Assembly: GCA_028819235.1 (NCBI GenBank)
Contig: JAPPMC010000194.1
Span: 3,913 to 67,912 of the forward strand
Length of the DNA stretch: 64,000 nt
Direction of reading: 5' to 3'
Source: Bryobacterales bacterium
GTDB taxonomy: Bacteria > Acidobacteriota > Terriglobia > Bryobacterales > UBA6623
Shown here: one piece after another, positions 1-9,196 of the stretch
Layout: each line of letters starts with the position of its first letter
Numbering within the stretch: the stretch's first letter is position 1
Made by a program: the position numbers and the translations under genes
Notes under the pieces: generated by a model
The model's input: the letters and a program-made list of their open reading frames with translations, nothing else
The model's database searches: none
What the model was told of the DNA's origin: nothing

Positions 1-274
1 GGGCCCGCGACTTGAATATTTCTCGATAGGCGGGCCGCACGGTGCGACCTTCGAGCTGGCCCTTCACGATGCCGAGGCCCTCAGCGATCTCGTCGGGCTC
101 AACGCTCGCACAGTAGCGACCCAGCAGGAATTCGACGACGTAGGTCGGCACAGGGTACTGCCGAGCGTACTGCCGCACCAGATCCTTGCGAACCAAATAG
201 CCGGGGAAGGCCTCGTCGGCTGTGCGGTCTAGGTCGTCGAGGTGGAAGCCATCTGTGGGTACGAATTCGGTCAC
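1..274 (-). CDS. brxL: BREX Lon-like protease BrxL, N-terminal part (gene continues past the window start)
   Basis: Reverse translation from GTG at 272-274 gives VTEFVPTDGFHLDDLDRTADEAFPGYLVRKDLVRQYARQYPVPTYVVEFLLGRYCASVEPDEIAEGLGIVKGQLEGRTVRP... This matches the conserved BrxL N-terminus (F-x-G-x-VVRKDL ... VP-x-YV-x-E-[YF]-LLG-x-YCAS ... VRP). The start overlaps the pglZ stop as GTGA. It sits in the canonical position after pglZ. Confidence 0.85.
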   Translation of the reverse strand, partial: MTEFVPTDGFHLDDLDRTADEAFPGYLVRKDLVRQYARQYPVPTYVVEFLLGRYCASVEPDEIAEGLGIVKGQLEGRTVRPAYREIFKSRA

Positions 275-2613
275 GAGGTGGAGTCTCCCTTGCGGGTAGC
301 GCGTTGCGCAAGGATGCGACCGTCGGGAGCGTAGACGACAACGACGAGTGCGGCGTCTTCTTGGTCGTCAGCGGTGAGCACCAGCTTCACGACCCCGTTC
401 TCGTCAGGTGCCTTGGAGGCCAACACGACCGATTCGCCCGCAGGACCTCCCAAGCGAAGGTCGACCGTGACATCTCGCCCGCCAGCTTCAACAGTGACGC
501 TGCACCGCATCCTCGTCCAATGTACGGACTGGATCCTAGCCCGAACAGGTCCTCTTGCGCTAGCCTCAGCCTTGGCTGTCACGCGGATTTCCGGGATCAG
601 GCACTCCTGCACACTCAGGCCGCCATGCGCGTACTCCGGTCGCTTGCTGAAGCAGGCGATACCACTCGGCGAAGCAAACTCCTCGTACGTATTCCAGTGC
701 CACGGCCAACACGGCACGTCTGGCCGGGCCCTAGGAGCGAGCACGGCACACCTAGCCCATTTTGATGCCGTGAGGTGCTTCGAAAGCGGAACCATCGGGA
801 GCCCATTGGGCAGGAGCAGCCACCCGTGGTCGGTGACGATGCGGATTGACCGCCAGCCGACTTCGATGAGTCTGACTACCTGGCGGACAAGACTACGGAG
901 CTCTTGGTCGACGAGCCTCGAAAACTCCACCGAATCATGGTGGTGCCCGTGTCGGTCGATACTGCCGGCTTCCAGCCAACCGCGTGCAGTGGGCGCCGGC
1001 CTGAAATCAGGGCTTTGGTCCCCGACGACTACGTAACCCTTCTCCCTCATGGATTCACGCAGGACAGGGGCCGTAATCGGGCGGGAGGAGCCGCGCAAGA
1101 CAGGTTGGAAGTCTGCGCCAAGCTGATCGCCTGCGATCCCGCCCGCAACAGGAGTGACAGCGGGCTTGGCGGTAGCAGTCACCGTCGGGATCGCGGCCCA
1201 GCGAGGCAGAACGTCGGCATTCAGTTCGTGGTCCTCGATGCAAGTCGCGAGGCGGCGCCCCAATTCGTAGCGGAGCCCGTCGACGAAGAGGATGCACTCA
1301 TTCTCATCGGCAAGTGTTCCTACTCGTGGCTCCCTCGACGGGTGAGCACGAACGGCTCGCTGGAAGGCTTGGGCCGACTCGCGTAGCCAAGGCTCGTGCA
1401 GATGGCGAATGGCTGACTTGATGACTGCCTCATGTCCCTCAGGAGTTAGCGCGAGAGCTTCACGGGCTGCCTGGTCGGCCTGCCAGCCGCGCTCGGCGTA
1501 GACTCTCGCTATGTCGTCGGGTGTTTGGCCGCCCATGCTCTTTGCGCTTGCCTCGGCCAGACACGCAAGGGGACGGAGCACCGTCGCAAAAGGTGAGCGT
1601 CCCATCCTCGCCCAGACCCAGCGCCGACGCGACGCGTGCTCCTCTTCGAGGTTCTGGACCTTCCGGCAAGCTGCGGCGTGCGTCAGATTGGGCAACTCAG
1701 CCACAGCGTTCTGTAGGGATGCTTCCTCCTGGTCGTTGATATCGGGCCAACGATCGGGACGCTCGGGTAGGAGCACATCGCTAGATCGGCTGCGCCTGAG
1801 CACATCCGGAACCTGCTGGAAGTGGGCGGGCATCTCTTCGAAACGCGACCAGACATCGCGCCACCGACCCTGTCCTTCGGCCATCCTCCTGCCGGCCTCG
1901 ACGTCGATGCCGGTATCCGGGTCGAATCGGAGCTTTCGTTTCGCCTCGTCGCGGAAGGCATCCCAACGGTTGTCGTCCATCGAATTGCGCGTTGCTGTCG
2001 GGTCGCCCAGCCAGAGCAGCATGTCGCGCTCGACCTTGACCCCGAGGAACCGGTTGAAGTCGCTGGCATCGAGACGGCCGTGCAGATCGCTCGAAGAATC
2101 CGTGAATACCTTTTCGATCGCCCGGAGAAGCGCCGCCCTAGTTGCCCCATCGCTTGCGATGTCGAGACCGGGGCCAGCAGGTACACCGTCGGGCCCGAGC
2201 CTGAGGAATGCGCGCACATTCCAGTCGCGACCATTGGGATGATGCCAAACAACGCCCCTATACATGAGCTCAACGAGTGGACGCAGAGCTTCTGGACAGT
2301 CCTCTCCCGCACGAAGCTGTCCACGCTTCACGCCCGGCAAGTAGATGATGGGAGGATGATCGGCCGGGACGTACGGGGAGTCGATCGTACGGTCCACCAT
2401 GCACCGCAGCCAAATGGCGGGCCCCGTGCGGTCGTCGGGGTGGAACTCGCCTAGGACGAGCAACTCGGGGATGTGGGAACGGGCAATGGGGATCAATCCA
2501 TCCCACTCGCGTCGGTAATCTGGCCAGAGAATGGCGCAGGGCGACACCCGGTCCCCAGACACGCCGGCTTTGGCGCGGATGGCGGCGGCGAAGAGGTCGA
2601 GAGGCGTAGTCAC
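271..2613 (-). CDS. pglZ: BREX alkaline-phosphatase-superfamily protein PglZ
   Basis: 780-aa ORF. N-terminus ILWPDYRREWDGLIP is PglZ-like. The PglZ domain motifs FVDGLRYELGRRL and VTDHGWLL are present. It lies between pglX and brxL. Confidence 0.9.
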   Translation of the reverse strand: MTTPLDLFAAAIRAKAGVSGDRVSPCAILWPDYRREWDGLIPIARSHIPELLVLGEFHPDDRTGPAIWLRCMVDRTIDSPYVPADHPPIIYLPGVKRGQLRAGEDCPEALRPLVELMYRGVVWHHPNGRDWNVRAFLRLGPDGVPAGPGLDIASDGATRAALLRAIEKVFTDSSSDLHGRLDASDFNRFLGVKVERDMLLWLGDPTATRNSMDDNRWDAFRDEAKRKLRFDPDTGIDVEAGRRMAEGQGRWRDVWSRFEEMPAHFQQVPDVLRRSRSSDVLLPERPDRWPDINDQEEASLQNAVAELPNLTHAAACRKVQNLEEEHASRRRWVWARMGRSPFATVLRPLACLAEASAKSMGGQTPDDIARVYAERGWQADQAAREALALTPEGHEAVIKSAIRHLHEPWLRESAQAFQRAVRAHPSREPRVGTLADENECILFVDGLRYELGRRLATCIEDHELNADVLPRWAAIPTVTATAKPAVTPVAGGIAGDQLGADFQPVLRGSSRPITAPVLRESMREKGYVVVGDQSPDFRPAPTARGWLEAGSIDRHGHHHDSVEFSRLVDQELRSLVRQVVRLIEVGWRSIRIVTDHGWLLLPNGLPMVPLSKHLTASKWARCAVLAPRARPDVPCWPWHWNTYEEFASPSGIACFSKRPEYAHGGLSVQECLIPEIRVTAKAEASARGPVRARIQSVHWTRMRCSVTVEAGGRDVTVDLRLGGPAGESVVLASKAPDENGVVKLVLTADDQEDAALVVVVYAPDGRILAQRATRKGDSTS

Positions 2614-2732
2614 TTTGCCCGGTGTTCTCGGAGAAAATGTACCAAGAAATGTCTCATGGTCATTTATTGGTACATTTCGGGTGGCGAAATGTCCGAAGTT
2701 GGGCAGCTTCGGTACATTTATCGATCCCCTAC

Positions 2733-4445
2733 CTAAGCCTGCAAGGGGCCAGTGTAGACGTACCTTGCCCCTCTCCCGTGGCCTTCGATCCGCACGTGAC
2801 CCTCGTCTGCCAACTCGTGCATCAGTCGGTTCACCCGCCTCCTGTCCAACAAGGTGATCTCGCGCACATCCGCATTGGCAGGAGGCGGCTCGCCTCGGAC
2901 CGCGCGTGTCCTAAGCGCCTCTAGGATCCGCAGCTTCGCGGTTTCTCGGTCGACCTTGCCCGATGCAACGCTGGAGAGTCTCGCACGCGTTTCCAAGTTT
3001 AGGGTCCAGTAGCGCTCGGACTGTGAGCCTCCCCGCTTCAGGTAGCCCATCTCTGTCTCCATCGACACGAGAAGAGAACGTGCCTCCGGTTCCCGACGGT
3101 GGCAGAGACGGGCCGCAAAGCCTGCATCGATCTCTGTCTCGTTCAGCAGGTGTGTTAGGACAAGCAGATGATCCGCCGCAAGCGCAACTCCTCTTGCCGC
3201 CTCGTTTGCTACGAACGTACGCATTGGGACGGAAACCTCGGCGGCTCGAAACGTCACCCGCACCGAATCACCCTCATCCACGATCAGGGGAGCTGGCTTC
3301 CCCTCCGTCAGGAGAGAAGAGAAGATGCGCTCCATCCCAAGGTTGCTGCGGTTGACCAGACGCAGTCGCATCAGAGCGGCAACCAAGCAGGGGTTCCGAC
3401 TGACAGGCTGGTGGTGTAGGATGTTGTCGGGAGTAATACCGCCAACGAATCCTCCTGGGCTGCTGATCTCGATTCGGTCGGAGTATTGCTTGACCAATCG
3501 AGGGCTGCCTCTGCGGAAGTCTCCGTGGCAGAATGCGTTCAGGAGCGCTTCGCGGAGCGCGATCTCAGGATAGGTACGGTACTCGAAGTGATGGAGTCCC
3601 TGCCGAACGGTCTCAATGGGGTTGTCAGCCATGATCAGGTCGACGATGCGGTCCAACGATACTGTGATCGCTTGGCGTCCGTCGTCGCGGTCGGAATAGT
3701 CGGTGGGCGAAACCATGCGGAGGTGTGTCCACGCAAAGTTTGGGATGTGTTGTCGAATGGATTGAGGTGACCCAGCCAAGAGGACGGCGGCTCGGGTGGG
3801 ACGCCCCTCGCGCACGACACCGATCGCTTCAAGCAGGTCGGTATCGTTTAGGCGGACCATGTCCGAGGGTGCCCGTTCGAGCCGAGAAGCGACCCGGAGT
3901 GACTCCATGGCCACCGGGGAGACAATCCGTGGCAGGGGCTCATCGACCATGGCAGATGTAAAGTCGTTGTCGCCGAACTGATCGAGCAGTCTGCGCCGGA
4001 CGGTCCCAGTGAGGGGCTTGCAGTCCTTTCCGATGCGTACCGTTCCACGACCCGCAGTGTCGGTGTAGGGTGGCATTCCGGGGTGAACGTGCATCAGGAT
4101 CAGCCGCCTCGTACCTTCTGGGACTGAGACTTCCTCGAAGACGGGCGTCAGACGCGGATCGGTGCCATCGTAGACGCCTAGCATCAACCGATTGACGGAA
4201 ACGTGGTGCGGAACTCCTACGACGGCGTGGCCACGGCCAACCACCTTGTCCCGTACGCCGAAGACGACTGTTCCGCCTCCTCCGTTTGCCATGCACACTG
4301 CTGCGGAGACCGCCAGCCGGACAGACTGGTGATCGCTTCGGGCGTCCCATTCCTTGAAATCGAGTCTCTGATCCTCTAGCGCGTCCGCGGGCTCACGGTC
4401 GAGCTCGTCCAGGAGTCTCACGACGTCGTAGCGGGACATGGGCAT
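2733..4445 (-). CDS. AlbA_2 (Schlafen-like) + HATPase_c_4 + C-terminal wHTH protein; putative DNA-binding, ATP-binding regulator or effector embedded in the BREX locus
   Basis: AlbA_2-type motif: EDQRLDFKEW...AAVCMANGGGGTVVFGVRDK. HATPase_c_4-type motif: LREALLNAFCHGDF...YSDRIEISSPGGF...SRNPCLVAALMRLRLVNRSNLGMERIF. The C-terminus LDRRRVNRLMHELADEGHVRIEGHGRGARYVY looks like a wHTH. I chose ATG 4445 (MPMSRYDVV...) because the longer ORF to 4730 would overlap pglX and its extension is Arg/Pro-rich junk. Confidence 0.75.
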   Translation of the reverse strand: MPMSRYDVVRLLDELDREPADALEDQRLDFKEWDARSDHQSVRLAVSAAVCMANGGGGTVVFGVRDKVVGRGHAVVGVPHHVSVNRLMLGVYDGTDPRLTPVFEEVSVPEGTRRLILMHVHPGMPPYTDTAGRGTVRIGKDCKPLTGTVRRRLLDQFGDNDFTSAMVDEPLPRIVSPVAMESLRVASRLERAPSDMVRLNDTDLLEAIGVVREGRPTRAAVLLAGSPQSIRQHIPNFAWTHLRMVSPTDYSDRDDGRQAITVSLDRIVDLIMADNPIETVRQGLHHFEYRTYPEIALREALLNAFCHGDFRRGSPRLVKQYSDRIEISSPGGFVGGITPDNILHHQPVSRNPCLVAALMRLRLVNRSNLGMERIFSSLLTEGKPAPLIVDEGDSVRVTFRAAEVSVPMRTFVANEAARGVALAADHLLVLTHLLNETEIDAGFAARLCHRREPEARSLLVSMETEMGYLKRGGSQSERYWTLNLETRARLSSVASGKVDRETAKLRILEALRTRAVRGEPPPANADVREITLLDRRRVNRLMHELADEGHVRIEGHGRGARYVYTGPLQA

Positions 4446-4668
4446 GTGCTTCAGGCTTCCGGGTCCAAAACAAGCCCGCGATGGAACGATTGGGTCAGAA
4501 TGCCAACGGCTTGGCAATGAGCCCACTCCCGGCGCGATGCGGGGAAGAACGCGTTGTCCTGTCGCAACCGATGGCATTTTGTGAAGCGTTTCGCGCCTCG
4601 TCCGAATAGAGAATGCTCGCGCTCGACCAAGATTCGCGAATCGTGACTTGCACGGCCAGTGGGTCCCG

Positions 4669-7600
4669 TCACGCGATCCCCGCCATCTGCCGGGCCTCGC
4701 GCTTCGCCGATCGCGTGTAGTGCAGGTCATTCCAGCGGTTCCCGTCGAACTTTGCGTCCTCTGACGCCATGTAGTCCGTCCGCGTGTCGGCGTTGGCCGT
4801 GCCGGGACACCGCCAGAACCACGGATATTCTTCGCGCGACCGCGGTTCCTGCGGTTCGTTCCCGCGGTCCTTGCCCCACTTGACGGTTGGCTTCCAGCGC
4901 AGAATCCCGGCCCCAGCGCGTCCGCCCTTTCGCAGCCGGGCGCGCATGAAGGGACGTATGTTCAGCCGCACGCCGTCGTCGAGGTCGGGCACCCACCCGA
5001 TCGCTTGCGCGTGTAAAGGTTTCCAGCGCACGAACAGGTCGAGACGAGGCTCGCCTTCCAAGATGCGTTCGAGTTGCTGTTGCAGGTCGAGCGCGTGCGC
5101 AAGGCGGGCGTCGGCCCCGGCTGTGCCATCGCCTTGGCCAACGCGCTGCCGGTGGATCCAGTCGTTCAGGTAGGCGTATGTGAGTGTTTCAAGTGTTCGC
5201 CTCCCTTCGCCTCCGGGACCCGCGAGTCTGTGGTAGTTGACTAGCGCGTGGAAGCCGTCCTTCCGCCCGTCCCAGACGTGCCAAATGAATGGGCGGTTCT
5301 GGAAGAGCTTGCAGTGCTCCGCGAAGAAGCGGTCCGCAAGCCAGACTTCAAGCGAAGGGGGCGACTTTCTGTTCGGGGTGTTGGCCTCCAGCAGTCGGCG
5401 CTCGGTGGCTGTGGACCACTCGTCACCGTAGGCACAGATGAGTAAGGCGCGCAGGCGGTCGGCGGCGCTCACCTCGCCCCTGGCGGGCGAGAGACAGACG
5501 ATGCCATCGGAGTCGGCGAAGTCGTCATAGGCGTCGCAGCGCTTGACGAGGGCGCGTTGCTCGGGAGCCAAGCGCATTGCGGGATCGAGTTCGGCGGGCC
5601 AGCGATACCCGAGTAGACGAGCGACTGCGACATGAAGAACGGTGCCATCGAATCGGAAGGCACCGCTTGCAGTCCGCTTGGCGTCTTCGTCCCAGACGAC
5701 GGTCCGGCACGGATCTCCGTGGAAGATCCACTGAGTGGGATCGTTGGAGTAGGGCTCGGGGAGACCATTGGGATAGCGCTCGAAGGCCACCTTAGTCCAA
5801 TGGTCGAGGTCAAAGGGAACCTTTACGAGGGTGGCGGCCGTGATCTTCAGTGCCTGATCAATCTTCCGGAGTGTCGTTTGGTGCTCTCCAGATTCACAGA
5901 AGCACAGAATCGCGGAGATGTGCGATTTGGTTCTTGGAGCTAGGACACCCGCGTTGTCGTCGAAGGCCTCACCACCATAGGCATACGGCGTCAAAGTTCC
6001 GGTCTTCCTGACGGCTACGCCGTCCCGTCCCATGACACTCTGACCGTGGAGCCTGCATCCCCGCATGGATCGCAGCTCAGGATCGTCGAGTGGAACCTTG
6101 AGGAGCAATGATCGTCCAGTCCACAGCGATCGCGTATCCTCACTGGGGGAGTCGAGCCACGGCACAGAGTCGACCGTTGGACGCTCTAGCTCCCAAAACT
6201 CGAGGAGAAACCGAGGACGATCCCCCGTAGTACTGCCCTTACCGTAATCGGCAATCGCCGACAGAGGCGGATAGTCTTCAAGTGGCTCCAAGAGAACGCG
6301 GGAATCCGGATTCCTGAGCTGCCCCGCTTGGCGCGATGGCACAACCTCTGACCCATGCCCCAATAGCCGAGCCTTCTCCACGGCCCGAATCGGCCGCTGT
6401 CCACGTGGTGCCGACACGTCCAGCCCCACCATCATTTGTCTGGGCGCGGGCCGCCCCGCCGACAGAATTATCAGCGCAACGTTGACGACCTCACCACTGA
6501 TCGTCTCGAACGCACCCGGCCCCAACCGCGCCACCACGTTCCACGTCCGTTGACTCAGCAGCCGTTCCCGCAACTTCCGATAGGTCTTCAGAAAGAGCCA
6601 GTTCTGGGGCGTAACCAGCGCTTGTGTGCCGCGGTCACCCAGCCAGCTAAAGATCCGCGAGAGGAAGACTGTCGCGATATCCCCCTTCGCGTCTCCATGG
6701 TTAGTCTCGGCGAAGTTGCGGAGTCCGCCACTCTGCTTGCCCCGCGCCAAGAAGGGGACATTGGTGACGACCAATGTGAATCGGCCCGCTAGGATCTCGG
6801 CCGCGCGCGCCATTCCGGCCGCCGCAACCGCGCGTTCGTTTCGACCTCGAACTTTCTGTTTTCGTCCGACCACCGCTGTGAGCAGCTTCTTCAGGTCGTC
6901 GTAGCCCGCGTGGTAGAGGTCGGCCTTGACGGCTTCCGGGGCGATCAGCGATCCTAACTCGCGCGCTTGGCTAAAGAGGCGGTACAATCGGCGCATTCCA
7001 TCACGCATTGGTCTGCGTCCAAGCGTCTCTTCGGCACTCAAGAGAAATCGTTTGGGATTCTCGGCAACCTCTGAAGCACTCTCGAGATCGTCCGCGAGCC
7101 TGATCCAACCGTCCTCTCTCCCCTCGGGCGCGATACCGCAGCACGCGATGTTTAACTCGGGAAGCTCGATCTGCTCGTCGGCCATCCGCCACGCGGTGAG
7201 TGCAAGATTGAAGGCTGCGATCTGTGTGCAACGTGGATCGAGCTCTAGGCCGAAGAGGTTGTCTTGGAGCACTGCGAGGACGGCCTTCGTGGGCGCAAGT
7301 CCCTCCTCCTCAATGCGAAGTCGCACTATGAGCTCAAAGGTTTCAACCAGAAAGTGACCACTCCCACAGCACGGATCTAGAATCCTAAGCTCGCGCACCT
7401 CACGGGGCCAATCCGCGAACGTTCCTGCAGCCGGACGCCAAGGGCCTGACCGCTTGTCGCCCTCGTCTCCCTCCGCCTCGGTTCGTATGAAGCGCAAGTA
7501 GGTGAAGTCGTATCCGCCTCCAGTTCCGAGCCGCATCCGCTTCCGCAGCGCAATCTCGTCTGGGGCCGAGGTTGCGAGCGCGGGGTCGCCGGCCAGCACC

Positions 7601-8340
7601 TTGCCTGCCCACCACGCGCCCAAAGTGTTGTGCAACAAGAAGAGCACCATATAGCGCTCGGTGAAAAGCTGGGTCACGGCGGGAAGTTCGTCCGCGCCGA
7701 TCTTCGCTCCGCTCTTGTTGACGCGGTCCTTCTCAGCGGAGCGCCAGTATTGGTACGTCCAGCCGAGCGAGTCGTGCGCCGTGAAGACCTGGGAGGGAAG
7801 AGACTCGAGGAGATTCTCCAGCTTCTGTCCGGTTTCGGGTGGGAGCGATAGGTCGAGGACCGGATCGTCGGCGGCGAAGATCTCTGGCAACATCACCTGT
7901 GCCCATTTGCCGGCCAGATCCCAAGCTTCGCGGCCCTCTTCGCGGGCTAGCTCCTGGCACTCCTCCAAGGAGACGGCTACCCCATACTCCGGCGCGATGA
8001 GCAGTTCGTTTTCTGCAAGAAACCGTGCGAAGAGCATCCTGTGCCAGTGTTCGTACGCGGTCTCGTGGGCGAGTCGCCTGACTTCTTGGGAGTCCTTGGA
8101 GACACCCATCCTGTCGCCTGCTTGACGGCCCCTCGCCCGCAGCGCGTTGCGAAGGTCTATATCTCGTTGCGACATGTGGCCATGCGGCTTGGGTTCACCA
8201 ACGGCCAACGTGGCGAGAGCCTCGGTGGCACCGGCTTCAGCCACACGCCGCGCCTCCTGAATCACCGCGCCAAGGCGAGTGCGGAGATCGGGGCCGAGAG
8301 AGGGAGGGATGACGGTCATCGGAAACTGCTCCGTGCTCAT
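4669..8340 (-). CDS. pglX: BREX N6-adenine DNA methyltransferase PglX
   Basis: About 1220 aa. The N-terminus has AYEHWHRMLFARFLAENELLI, typical of PglX. SAM motif I is ILDPCCGSGHFLV. Motif IV region is LVVTNVPFL (see finding). It sits between brxC and pglZ. The start is uncertain (ATG 8370, 8340 or 8319). Confidence 0.9.
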   Translation of the reverse strand: MSTEQFPMTVIPPSLGPDLRTRLGAVIQEARRVAEAGATEALATLAVGEPKPHGHMSQRDIDLRNALRARGRQAGDRMGVSKDSQEVRRLAHETAYEHWHRMLFARFLAENELLIAPEYGVAVSLEECQELAREEGREAWDLAGKWAQVMLPEIFAADDPVLDLSLPPETGQKLENLLESLPSQVFTAHDSLGWTYQYWRSAEKDRVNKSGAKIGADELPAVTQLFTERYMVLFLLHNTLGAWWAGKVLAGDPALATSAPDEIALRKRMRLGTGGGYDFTYLRFIRTEAEGDEGDKRSGPWRPAAGTFADWPREVRELRILDPCCGSGHFLVETFELIVRLRIEEEGLAPTKAVLAVLQDNLFGLELDPRCTQIAAFNLALTAWRMADEQIELPELNIACCGIAPEGREDGWIRLADDLESASEVAENPKRFLLSAEETLGRRPMRDGMRRLYRLFSQARELGSLIAPEAVKADLYHAGYDDLKKLLTAVVGRKQKVRGRNERAVAAAGMARAAEILAGRFTLVVTNVPFLARGKQSGGLRNFAETNHGDAKGDIATVFLSRIFSWLGDRGTQALVTPQNWLFLKTYRKLRERLLSQRTWNVVARLGPGAFETISGEVVNVALIILSAGRPAPRQMMVGLDVSAPRGQRPIRAVEKARLLGHGSEVVPSRQAGQLRNPDSRVLLEPLEDYPPLSAIADYGKGSTTGDRPRFLLEFWELERPTVDSVPWLDSPSEDTRSLWTGRSLLLKVPLDDPELRSMRGCRLHGQSVMGRDGVAVRKTGTLTPYAYGGEAFDDNAGVLAPRTKSHISAILCFCESGEHQTTLRKIDQALKITAATLVKVPFDLDHWTKVAFERYPNGLPEPYSNDPTQWIFHGDPCRTVVWDEDAKRTASGAFRFDGTVLHVAVARLLGYRWPAELDPAMRLAPEQRALVKRCDAYDDFADSDGIVCLSPARGEVSAADRLRALLICAYGDEWSTATERRLLEANTPNRKSPPSLEVWLADRFFAEHCKLFQNRPFIWHVWDGRKDGFHALVNYHRLAGPGGEGRRTLETLTYAYLNDWIHRQRVGQGDGTAGADARLAHALDLQQQLERILEGEPRLDLFVRWKPLHAQAIGWVPDLDDGVRLNIRPFMRARLRKGGRAGAGILRWKPTVKWGKDRGNEPQEPRSREEYPWFWRCPGTANADTRTDYMASEDAKFDGNRWNDLHYTRSAKREARQMAGIA

Positions 8341-9196
8341 TTCATTATGACGCTCCACTGATCCCGCCAAGTGCTTCGAAGAGTCGCCTACAGCGGTGAT
8401 GCTGATCGTTGACGCTCGCCTGATCGAGCCGTCTCAGCAACACACCGGCGTGCCTGATCTAGTGATAGACGTATCTACCCTTGGTAGTTTGCTTACAAGC
8501 AAGATCGACGCTTGCCTTCAGTTCCTTGCCAGTGCCTTCAGGTCTGCAACAATCCAAGTCGCGAAGACCTGGACGACGAAAGTCTACCGATCCGGGGGGG
8601 CGGTTGGCGCAGCTATGGCGCCACGTAGGGTGGGCTGGCTCGCAAGCCCGACGCGACCTGGCCAGTCAGACTTCTAGTCACCCGAGGACTAGAGGGTATC
8701 GGAGAGTTTCTTTGAGTCTTTACCGTGCATGGCACGGCTGCGGTGAGTGTAGGCCGGATGCCGGTGTAGTTCAAACGGCTCTATCGCTGCCCCGAGCGCA
8801 GCTCCCCGCCGTTCACCCAAGGCCGGATCCGTCCCGCCGACCAACGTTCCCTATCACTGTAAACCTTGATAGTGAACCGTAATGGAACTCAGCAAACCCC
8901 GACAAGACCGATTGCCCCCTAACTGGATTCGCGTGCCCGCAGGCCGTGGGCCCACCTCGGGTGCGGAGTTCCGTGACGATCCCGCTCGGCGTCGTGTTCA
9001 GATGCCTCTCGGGGTATGACCGGCGGATGGAAAACGGGATCAGAGCACATTCGGTCGGCTTTGACGGAGGAAGGCCGCCACAACCGGGGAGTGTGGCCGG
9101 GCGTTCCTTGACTTGATGCAAGTGCGGTACAATGGCGGCTCCAACCAGCGAGAAGCGCTGGATCCGCCTCCATGAAATACAGATTTCCACAAACAT

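Noticed and set aside
4446-4730. N-terminal 95-codon extension of the AlbA_2 ORF, overlapping the 3' end of pglX.
   Set aside because: The extension is Arg/Pro-rich and not protein-like. AlbA_2 homology starts right after ATG 4445/4439. The same reasoning led me to trim the ORFs at 24114, 27372, 39658, 43587, 57217 and 62215.
9108-9133. Sigma70-like TTGACT ... TACAAT pair on the plus strand.
   Set aside because: The spacer is only 14 nt. It points antisense into the 3' end of the RloC-like gene, and there is no downstream plus-strand gene. It is likely a chance match.
8813-9196. 127-aa minus-strand ORF (and the overlapping 8919-9212 ORF) in the spacer upstream of pglX.
   Set aside because: No recognisable motif and an odd composition. 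The start lies inside the AT-rich junction. I treated it as non-coding spacer (see finding) rather than annotating a gene.
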